From positions 51,299 through 115,298 of the forward strand of contig NIVC01003170.1 of NCBI GenBank assembly GCA_002269645.1: 64,000 bases of DNA, in the 5' to 3' direction. The stretch is from Macrostomum lignano (lineage: Eukaryota). Under the pieces are notes generated by a model. That model saw only the letters and a list, made by a program, of their open reading frames with translations. It ran no database searches and had not been told where the DNA came from. The translations under genes and the position numbers were made by a program. The number at the start of each line of letters is the position of its first letter. The stretch's first letter is position 1. Positions 54,701 through 64,000 of the stretch are shown one piece after another.

Positions 54701-57700
54701 GGTGGCGCTCTTCAGGGTGCGCCGACTGCCCGATGACGAGGGCGAAGGCTACGATGACGGCGAGGGCCGGACAGCGCTGCGGATGTTCGAATCGGTGCTG
54801 CTGCCGGAGCAGTTTCTGCGGCTGCGGGACGGCGAGTTCGACTGCCTGGTTGGTTGCTATGCTGTTGCTATGCTGTTGCTATGCTGTTGCTACGTTGTTG
54901 CTATGCTGTTGCTATGCTGTTGCTATGCTGTTACTATGCTGTTGCTAGCTGTTGCTATGCTGTTGCAATGCTTTTGCTATGCTGTTGCTATGCTATTGCT
55001 ATTGCGTTGCCATGAGGTTGCTATCAGAGCGCGCATTTTTTAATTTTTATTTTCAGGGCACCGGGGACGTCAGCTGCCATTTCAAAGTGGAAAAATTCAA
55101 AACAGGCGCTTTCGTCACCCTGCGCAGCTGCTCCAGCGGCCTGTGGCTCGGCTTCGAGCCGGACGGTCGAGCGGTACCAGTGAGCGATGACGCGGAACCG
55201 AATGTTCGGCTCTATCCGGAAGTTTTGACCTGTGAGCAATGTGGAATAGCCACTGGGAGCTGACTGGGAGCTGAGTAGGGAGAGTCAATAGCTGAGTCGG
55301 GAGAGTCAGTAGCTGAGTAGGGAGAGTCAATAGCTGAGTAGGGAGAGTCAATAGCTGAGTAGGGAGAGTCAATAGCTGAGTCGGGAGAGTCAGTAGCTGA
55401 GTAGGGAGAGTCAATAGCTGAGTAGGGAGAGTCAATAGCTGAGTAGGAAGAGTCAATAGCTGAGTAGGGAGAGTCAATAGCTGAGTAGGAAGAGTCAATA
55501 GCTGAGTAGGGAGAGTCAGTAGCTGAGTAGGGAGAGTCAATAGCTGAGTAGGGAGAGTCAGTAGCTGAGTAGGGAGAGTCAGTAGCTGAGTAGGGAGAGT
55601 CGGTAGCTGAGTAGGGAGAGTCAATAGCTGAGTAGGGAGAGTTAGTAGCTGAGTAGGAAGAGTCAGTGACTGAGTAGGGAGCACCAAAAATGCTGTTGTC
55701 ATGAATGTGTTATTGTAACTTGAGTTGAGTGCACTATTCTACGCCGGGCCAGTCTGGCCGGCATCTTTCCCCCCCCCTCCTCAGATATTTTCTGACTCAA
55801 CCCCCTTTCACTTCTGCGCGTGCGTATCCTCCCCCTCTCTGCCTAGGCCTTTTCCGTTTAGTCAAACCCCCCTTGCTCTGTGTGCGCCCCGTGCGCCCCC
55901 GCCCCATTCTTTTGTTAGCTTTGCTGCCCCGCCCCTGTTTGTGATTGGCTGCCAGTCCCAGTCTGCCGTGCTGCGCCCCGGCGATTGGCTGGTACGGCTC
56001 ATGTTTTTTCTATGCTGATGTCTAAGCCTCTTTCTGCCTTTATCCCGCGCCCTCAACCCCCAGTTTGCTGCCTATTTATTCTGACCCCCTTGAGACCCCA
56101 TTCTCGTCATCTTCGTGGCTCTCCGGTGATTTTGCCAGCGTTGGTTGCTATTAAGTGTCCGAATTGTCCTACAAATACAATTAAAGACTATCGATACTCC
56201 CACTGCTCTGTCGGCGCTGTTCCCGAGTTGTACGACTGAAATCGCGCCGGTAAGCCTTCCAATTTGCAAGTCATTTGGGTCTGCATCTGTACTAGGCACC
56301 TTAGAGGGATTAAGTGCGTCGTACGCCGGTCCCAACCCAAGCAGCTCTGCGTCGTACGCGAGTCTGTAGGCTGTCGTGCGTCGTACGCTCGAGCAGCCTG
56401 GTCCTGACGGACACCGCGTCGTACGCGTGTCAGTGGAGGACCGCAGCCAGGTTCAGTGCGCGAACCCGGGTCTGGGAAAGGGGCACGAAAGGACCGAGCC
56501 CTTGAGCCCCATCACAACACTGTAATAGAAAAATTCATTAAATTCTCCATAATAATTTTCACACATGCACAGTCGGCAGCCCGAAGCCTCCTCCAAAGGC
56601 GCCGCTGCCGCCGCCACCGCAGCCACTGAAGTCGGAGTCGCCACCGCCACCACTGCCTTCGAAGCCCCAGACGCCGCCGCCGCCGCCACCGCCAGCTCTC
56701 GGCCCAGACGAATGGTTGCTGGGCTTCGCTGACTTCGATGCCAAGAAAAGCAGCGTCGGCCAAAACTTGGCCAGCATGGAGGCCACCGTCTGCTTCGGCT
56801 CGGGCGACGCGGCAGCGACTGCCTCGGCGACAATTTTGCCTCAGTCTGGCGGCGAGGTGCGGCTTCGACTGGCCTTGAAGTCCGCGTCGGCTGACGAGGC
56901 GGCGTCCAGACCGGAGCTGTGGAAGCTGCGTCTCGACCTGATCCCGCGGGATCCTCGGCTGGCGGCGACATGGCAACCGCCTCCGACGCTGCGACGTCTG
57001 TTGCTATGGAAACCGGCGCTTCAAACGACCAACCAGGCGAAAGCGTCGCTATCGATAGAGTTTCGTCTGCCGGCCGCGGCTCGACTTTTCTGGCCGGCGG
57101 CGTCGGCGCCTGGAGACGCGGCGAGCGCGCAGGCGAGCCTGGAGGTGCCGGCCGGCCGACAGGCGGTGGCGGACTATCAGCTGCGACTGGTGACGCTAAA
57201 GGCCTCGACATCGGCTGACGGCGGTCCACTGCAAGGTTGCCTCCGGCTGGAGCTGGTCGGCGACCTGGGCGACACCGGGCGACGGGCCATCAGTTTGCCG
57301 GCTGGGGGCCTCGGCAGCGTCGACGGAGAGGTTTGTGGAATTAGGGAATTCCCGGATTGGAATTTGGGGATCCCCCGATTGGAATTTGGGAATTCCCGGA
57401 TTGGAATTTGGGGATCCCCCGATTGGAATTTGGGAATTCCCGGATTGGAATTTGGGGATCCCCCGATTGGAATTAGAGAATTCCCCGACTGGAATTTAGG
57501 AATCTCCCGATTGGAATTTGGGAATCACTCGATTGGAATTTGGGAAATCCCCAGATTGGAATTTGGGAATCCCTCGATTTGAATATGGAAATCCCTCGAT
57601 TGGAATTTGGGAATCCTCGATTGGAATTTGGGAATCCTCCGATTGGAATTTGGGAAATCCCCAGATTGGAATTTGGGAAATCCCCAGATTGGAATTTGGG

Positions 57701-59410
57701 AATCCCCCGATTGGAATTTGGGAATCCCTCGATTGGAATATGGAAATCCCTCGATTGGAATTTGGAATCCCTCGATTGGAATTTGGGAATCCTCCGATTG
57801 GAATTTGGGAAATCTCCATATTGGAATTTGGGAAATCCCCAGATTGGAATTTGGGAATCTCCCGATTGGAATTTGGGAATCCCTCGATTGGAATTTGGGA
57901 AATCCCAGATTGGAATTTGGGAAATCCCCAGATTGGAATTTGGGAAATCCCCAGTTTGGAAATTGGGAATCCCTCGATTGGAATTGGGGAATTACCCGAT
58001 TGAAATTAGGCAATTTCTTGATAGAGGAATTAGGGAATAATTAAGCTACGAATTTAGCTTAAATATCTTTTCGGTCTTGCCTGTACCAAAAAAATCATAA
58101 GATGATGTCATTCAATCAGTTTATTTACCTAATATGCCTATAAATCTGATTGACAGGTACTCGAAGTGCAGCTAAGCGCAGTGGATCTGGGTCAGCTCAG
58201 GCTGTGCCGAATCTCCGCTGACAGTCGCGAAGCCTCGGGAGCCTGGAACTGCGACCGCCTCATTGCTGCCAGGCTGGGTCCGGGCTTCTCCGTCACCGAC
58301 TTCATCTGCTGTGATTGGCTGCGGCCTCGGGGGAGCCGGACGGCAGAGCCGAGCGAACTCTGCGGCCCGACGGTGAGGCCCGAATTCCTGCCCTGCCTGC
58401 GGCTGGGGACATTGGCGTTTGGGGATCTTTTTGGAATTGGGGATCAGTTAGGATGCAGGAAATCATTTGGGAATCCTTGGCGATTTGGAATTTTAGGGGT
58501 TATTTTGTACTTGGGATCATTTGGGACTCGGGAATTAGTTGGGACTTGGGAGCATTTATCTGGGATTTGGGGGGTTAGTTGGGATTAGGGGGGATTTGGG
58601 GGGGTTAGTTGGGATTTGGGGGGATTAGTTGGGATATGGGGAATTAGTTGGGATATTGGGGAATTAGTTGGGATTTGGGGGACTAGCGGGGATGTGGAGA
58701 ATTTGTTGATAAGCATCACTCGAAACAACTAAGGATGTGAGTATCCCATTTCAGGTAAAAATTTACACGTACATGCCATACTTTCAGAGTTCGCACTCAC
58801 TCGAAAAGAAATCGGGTATATAATACAATTGTTTCAATCCAGCAGCAGCTTCCACAAGTCCGCCCAGCTCATAAAATGCATTCATCAAATTTTGTTGTTC
58901 ATTTGTTACAAATGTTTTGCAATGCCCGTAAAAAGGTTGGCTGACTTTATTTGAGTGAGTAGTATTGCCGGGTTTAGAACGGAAATGGACTTCCTCTCAA
59001 AGGTGTCTGATGTGGGATGCTGGGAGGCACCGTAGACTCCATGAACCTCCATAATAAGCTGAGTCCTGCTCAGGACTTTTTTGTTTCCCTCTCCCCTCTC
59101 TTCCTCGTTCTTCCCTTCTCTCTCTCTCTCCATCCTGCTTTTGCCATCTCTGTTTCTCTTCTCTCGTTCTTCCCCAACTCGCCCTCTACCCTATAACCCC
59201 CGCTCTCTCTTCCTCTCTCTCATCCAACTCCTCTCTCCCCTCTCCCCTCTCCCCCATCTCCCCTCTCTCTCCCCTCCCCAGTGGGAAATTCTGGTACGCC
59301 AAGGGTGCGCAGACCGCGGCGCCCGGTGGCCTGTGGCCGGTAGCGGGGCGTACTCTTTGTCCAGTCGGGGCGCCGGCCTTATACCCGGCGCCCGGTGGAC
59401 TGCCCAATAA
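46686..59410 (+). CDS. RP1-like gene: two doublecortin (DCX) domains, PLAT/LH2 domains, beta-trefoil-like segments; 3' end unresolved
   Basis: In-frame GT-AG exons 46686-47150, 47816-48151, 48333-48519, 50025-50197, 50576-50819, 51807-51976, 52082-52239, 52690-52982, 53436-53542, 54399-54848, 55057-55231, 56573-57330, 58157-58372, probably 59282 onward. DCX motifs (TVFFHRDGD...LDALLTDLT...VRAVFTPRG; [11 protein letters not shown]). PLAT motifs ([24 protein letters not shown]; GWYLDKV; RWLD..EDDG). Confidence 0.85.
47160..47785. repeat. (TGTC)/(TGTGTC)n microsatellite in intron 1
   Basis: Direct observation; source of several spurious ORFs. Confidence 0.98.
48572..49985. repeat. About 23-bp minisatellite (gtgagtgtgtcagagtcaccggt)n
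   Basis: Fills intron 3. Confidence 0.97.
50318..50470. repeat. About 60-bp repeat, 3 copies
   Basis: gaatgagtcatcgg...tacattagggacagagtttatcg repeated. Confidence 0.9.
50887..51072 (-). mobile_element. tRNA-derived SINE, copy 2 (5'-clipped)
   Basis: Highly similar to 2043-2240. Confidence 0.75.
52412..52660. repeat. (AGAGT/GGAGT)n pentamer array
   Basis: Direct observation. Confidence 0.95.
53015..53382. repeat. 22-bp array (ggcatagcaaccagttagcaac)n
   Basis: Direct observation. Confidence 0.93.
54215..54370. repeat. 16-bp AT-rich array (tataacaaaatataat)n
   Basis: Direct observation. Confidence 0.95.
54850..55022. repeat. 11-bp array (gttgctatgct)n
   Basis: Core is the reverse complement of the 53015-53382 array core. 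Confidence 0.9.
55255..55680. repeat. 21-bp array (gagtagggagagtcaatagct)n
   Basis: Direct observation. Confidence 0.97.
55694..56519. mobile_element. Candidate solo LTR, about 826 bp
   Basis: TGTTGTCATG...CATCACAACA (9/10 inverted match, TG...CA ends), CCAAT-like boxes, AATTAAA. No matching TSD found. Confidence 0.4.
57335..58020. repeat. 20-23-bp array (gattggaatttgggaatccc...)n
   Basis: Direct observation. Confidence 0.95.
58420..58695. repeat. Degenerate G-rich array (gggaattagttgggattt)n
   Basis: Direct observation. Confidence 0.8.
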
Positions 59411-59856
59411 ATTAAGGCAAGAATTGGTTTACTCTACTAACAGTAGTATGCAGGGCTTTTATTGATATATTTTGCTCTGGCAGCAGCCTAGCTTTCTGGT
59501 TGTTTCAAAATTGAATTTATTTCCAAATAATTTTCAGAGCTATCTGATTTTTTTAAGCAATTGTCTCTTCCATTATAAATTTAAACAACCTTGCTGCTAC
59601 CTGCTTACGAAGTTTGCCTTTTGTGAATTTTTTTGCAGTTTTTTAGAAAATTAGTTTGAGTCTATGAATGAAATCGAATAAGAAACTTAAATGTAATGAA
59701 ATTTGAATTTATTTAGCGAAGTTAAATGGAACTGATATTAAAACACAATATTAGAACGAAAAATAGTTAAGTTTTTGGCAACAAAGGTGTTGAAAGAATG
59801 TCAGTTTTAAAATCATTTTGTGACAGCATTTACTCGTAAAATACGTGCTCTCATAA

Positions 59857-62800
59857 TTAGAAGATTTTAAATTGTCCATCATCCAGCTCTCGCTGATCTT
59901 CGGACCAGTTTGATCCACTTGATTCGGTTTCGTCATCAGATTCGAGAGAGCAGTCAGTGCGGTAGTTGGTTTTCGACTTTGCTGAACGGGGGCGATGGTT
60001 GTTCCGCTTTCGAGGCTGAGAATCCAACTGAATACTCGCTCGCTTTCTGGATTGGGAGCTCGGCTTTGCTGTCGCCGCTGGCGGCACTTCTCCCGCTGAT
60101 AGTCGCGATGGTGTCTGTGACATTGGAAAGAAAACAAAAAATTACTGCATGCACATTTTATCTTACTGACAGTAGTATTTAATGCTTAGCAATCATCGTA
60201 TTCATCGTTCATTATTCAGTTTAGATACGTTTTTACTCACTAGGGAAAAAGAAGATGAATGGCTGTGTCTTTGCACGGCGCTGCCAGAAGCGGGGCTTGG
60301 AGTCGCTGCCACAGAGACTGTCTTTGCACGGCGCTGCCAGAAGCGGGACTTTGAGTCGCTGCCACCAGAGACTGTCTTTGCACGGCGCTGCCAGAAGCGG
60401 GACTTTGAGTCGCTGCCACCAGAGATCGTCTTTGCACAGCGCTGCCAGAAGCGGGACTTTGAGTCGCTGCCACCAAAGACCGTCTTTGCACGGCGCTGCC
60501 AGGAGCGGGACTTTGAGTCGCTACCACCAGAGATCGTCTTTGCACGGCGCTGCCAGGAGCGGGACTTTGAGTCGCTGCCACCAGAGATCGTCTTTGCACA
60601 GCGCTGCCAGAAGCGGGACTTTGAGTCGCTGCCACCAGAGATCGTCTTTGCACAGCGCTGCCAGAAGCGGGACTTTGAGTCGCTGCCACCAAAGACCGTC
60701 TTTGCACGGCGCTGCCAGAAGCGGGGCTTGGAGTCGCTGCCACCAGAGACTGTCTTTGTACGGCGCTGCCAGAAGCGGGACTTTGAGTCGCTGCCACCAG
60801 AGACTGTCTTTGTACGGCGCTGCCAGAAGCGGGGCTTGGAGTCGCTGCCACCAGAGACTGTCTTTGTACGGCGCTGCCAGAAGCGGGGCTTGGAGTCGCT
60901 GCCACCAGAGACTGTCTTTGTACGGTGCTGTCAGAAGCGGGGCTTTGAGTCTGGACTCCGGAAAGCAGCTGGCTTCCTGTGCGATGCGACCGCCCCTTTA
61001 ATCGGTCACCGCCATGCTTTAGCTGCTGTCTGCAAGTATTTCTTACAGATTGTTCAGAGGGCCTGCCGGCTTCAGCGGTCGCGCCATAGATGAATGTGAT
61101 TGCTTCTGTTAGGAAAAAAGTTGAAAGTTACTATGAATAGCATGCACTGTGCTCGACTAATTTCTTGATATTTAGCTCTAAAAGTCTCATTGAACGTTGA
61201 TTAAGTAGACTTACTTTGGAAATGGCTGAGCAGAGTGCTCTGAAATCCAAGCTGCGCATCAGCAAGGTTGGTCGCAACTCCAGCAGCAACAGCTCAGCTT
61301 CGCATGTCTGACCCGATTAAATTAATAACCGCCTGCATCTCTTTCGACAAGCTCTCGTTAAGCATTGCCATTAAAGCATCGGACCACTTGTCTCGCTTGC
61401 ATGAACGTAGCAGGCTCTTCTGTTTAGATTTTTACAGGTGAGAATACTTATAGATTATTATTTCAGTGATAGTACTAGTGCGCTTTGAGTAGTAGTTAGA
61501 GCATTTCTTCTAATGAAAAGAAAATAAAAAACTCTGTCATGAACTTACCAAAGTAGAAATATGTTCATTTGGACTGGAAGCGAATTGCACATATTTTTCC
61601 CAGGAGTTGATCGGCCAGAATGAAGGCTCAGAATTATCAGTTGGAATGTCAGCGCCAACCGGTTCCAAAAAGCGTAGCACGCTCTGCACTTCAGTGCGCA
61701 TTGCGGTGATTTGTTTGGTCAAACTATTTTCTAATGCTTTCAATTAATTCTTGCGCATAGTAAGTTCGCGTAGGGCATATAAGGACAGAAACTTGATGCC
61801 TCTTGGACTTTCCAGCTCAAAGCTAACACCGGCTTGGATCTGCTCTTCTAGTTTTCTAAGAAAGCCAGAACCAAAATTAAAAGATGAAATGGTGGGAGGC
61901 GACTTAGGAATCGTCGATCGATCATCTGCTACGAACTCAGCTTCTATTTCAGCTTCCGCCTCAGCTTCCACCTCAGCTCCCATCTCAGCTTCCACCTCAG
62001 CTTCCGCCTCAGCTTCCGCCTCAGCTCCCATCTCAGCTTCCACCTCATCTTCCGCTTCAGCTTCCGCCTCAGCTTCCACTTCAGCTTCCGCCTCAGCTTC
62101 CACTTCAGCTTCCGCCTCAGCTTCCACCTCATCTTCCACTTCAGCTTCCACCTCAGCTTCCACCTCAGCTTCCACCTCAGCTTCCACTTCAGCTTCCGCC
62201 TCAGCTTCCATATCGGCGTCTACGCCAGCTTCTGCTTCATCATCACTAATAGGAGGCATTGGCGCTAACTGTGCAATCGTAGGCGGATGTTGTTTAGGCA
62301 GCAAAGCTGGAGGTTGCAAACAGCGGCTGCTCTTATCTTCGAAGATTGCCTCGGAATCGGTGGCTGAGCCGTCTGACAGATTCTGTTTGGGATGGTTACG
62401 GCATGAGAAATTATCAAGTTAATGTCAGTTTTAAAGATTATTTTCACATTTAATTTCTTCCCTTTTCTTAAAAATTAGTTTGAAAGGTAAAACGGAGAAA
62501 ACAAAGTTCTCGATAAAAATTATATGGGCTGTGCTTAATTTTACCTTTGTCTGGTAATGCCTTCGTGCTTTCTTCATGTCACGCTCCTGAAAGACTCTGG
62601 GTTGAACCAACTCGAGAATTCGGTTCAGTCGGGTCTTTTTGGCCACCAATTCACGCACAAAGCGGAAGCTCCCAGGCTCTAGGTTGTTGCTTAGTATTAC
62701 CTTTAAATTAATGAGAAAATATGAGCGTACAAATATTAGATCGATTCAAGAATTTTAACATTTCAATCGTTGGGATCGGTTGCTTACCTGAATAATTAGA

Positions 62801-62990
62801 GCAGAGTAAAAACAGCCTTCATACAAGGCTTCACACTTCCACTTCTCAGTGGAGTCCCTCTTTTCTAACCATTCCTCTTCCTTAAGGTTTTGAAAGCCTT
62901 CAGGAAGCTTCACTTCGCTTTCCGAGACCTCAACAATTTGACGGTCGTCTTTAAGATCACTAAAAACTTCATTGTAGCATGCAGACTAAA
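59857..62990 (-). CDS. Spliced accessory gene of a CMC/EnSpm-type transposon (DUF4806-like), with coding repeats; partly disrupted
   Basis: Exons with ...IVEVSE...[19 protein letters not shown]|, an EAE-rich tract (61930-62230), [10 protein letters not shown], ...[20 protein letters not shown] followed by 20-aa (60-bp) repeats, and an acidic last exon. Splice sites visible; one internal stop near 61300. The DUF4806 label is by recall. Confidence 0.5.
60268..60950. repeat. 60-bp tandem repeat, about 11 copies, probably coding on the minus strand
   Basis: Encodes ([18 protein letters not shown]..)n in frame with the exon above. Confidence 0.95.
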
Positions 62991-63332
62991 CTATGCTAGT
63001 GCAAAACTGAGTACCAAATAAAGCAAGAGTTGGAGCTCACACTATAGTTTATGCTTATTTAATGATTCAGTGGTTTAGGTTGCTTCTAGAAGCAATTGTC
63101 TTCTATAGTTCTTCGAATGAAAAAGGCCGCAATGGCTTTTCCAATTTCATTGGCCCTACCGTCCCCCATCCATACCTGTCAATCAGCGCGCACAAACCCC
63201 CAAAGGAATAGTTTTCAATTCTTCCCAGCTTTTGTTCATATCCTTTCTTTAATACGAAATAAGCAATCGTAGTAATTACTTTATTATTATTACAACAGTC
63301 AACTATCATCAAAGTCTGATTCGACGAAAACA

Positions 63333-64000
63333 ATGACAAGGCAATTGAGGCGACAAGCAAATAAGGATTTGCTGGGCTTGTTCATGGAAGGAGAACAAGA
63401 AGCTTTGGAGACATCGCACTGCAAGAGAAAAAAGAAAAGTAGTCGAAGCAGATGATTCTGGAGTAAGCCCGGTTTCATCGCTTCGGAGTCCTCTGTAGCA
63501 GAAGCAATGAAGGTACGGATCCAGATCTGGCAACGACAATGGCAGCTATCCTGATTTTGACGAGTTCGCGCGAGTTTGCAGCGATGAAGATGAGGAGATT
63601 GACAAGAAAGAGGATGACCGCTCTTTAGAAGATAAAATATTCGCCTTGCTGGTAGTCTACTTTTCTTGTTTCAACCTAAGTCATGGATCTAAAAAATTCC
63701 TTGTTGATGGTCTAAGAGACATAGGTTTGCCTGCGCCGAAGTCTGTCAACTCTATTGAGGCCGTCATCAATGCTGGGATCCAAGGAAAAATTGGAGTCCA
63801 TGGAAAAGGCCATTTTCGCTACATTTCGATTCTGAAAATCTAGAACTAATGTTTCGCAAAAACCAGCTGCACATGAAGCCAGAATATCTACAACACGATA
63901 GTGAAACTGAGAAGGTTTACAAAATTGAAGCCATCGTTAATTTTGACGGCTTGCCTTTGTACCGAGCAAGCCACTTCGGTCTTTGGCCGCATACTAATGT
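63333..64000 (+). pseudogene. CMC/EnSpm (CACTA-like) transposase, N-terminal part, frameshifted; runs off the window
   Basis: ...FNLSH...FLVDGLRDIGL.APKS..., GHFRYISI, IVNFDGLPLYRAS.FGLWP(IL), matching the N.DGLP...S....WP motif. Shifts near 63840 and 63990. Confidence 0.7.

Noticed and set aside
57496-58044. Cluster of overlapping ORFs ([10 protein letters not shown] repeats)
   Set aside because: Artefacts of the intronic minisatellite.

Overview
Eukaryotic (animal) genomic DNA with spliced genes, GC-rich exons and minisatellite-filled introns. A free-living flatworm such as Macrostomum is my guess from sequence style only. The centre of the window (14407-41037) is one complete Maverick/Polinton (adintovirus-like endogenous virus) with a 6-bp TSD (CAGTTG), about 0.5-kb TIRs and AGTAG...CTACT termini. 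It encodes pPolB, integrase, packaging ATPase, adenain-like protease, major and minor capsid proteins, a parvovirus-type PLA2, an adenovirus protein-X-like peptide, and several orphans. It has been invaded by a 5.1-kb TA-flanked CCC...GGG non-autonomous DNA transposon, which itself contains a TTAA-flanked Kolobok-like element, and by a full-length LOA-like LINE with a 13-bp TSD. Several viral genes carry frameshifts. Host genes outside it: GTP cyclohydrolase I, a MIT + degenerate AAA (VPS4/spastin-like, probably ATPase-dead) gene, three secreted proteins (two head-to-head PAN + fibrinogen-domain paralogues and one PAN-like + uncharacterised-domain protein), a LamG-like fragment, and a long DCX + PLAT (RP1-like) gene. 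The window ends in a degenerate CMC/EnSpm-type transposase with a divergent accessory gene. All family assignments come from motif recognition by eye; no searches were run.
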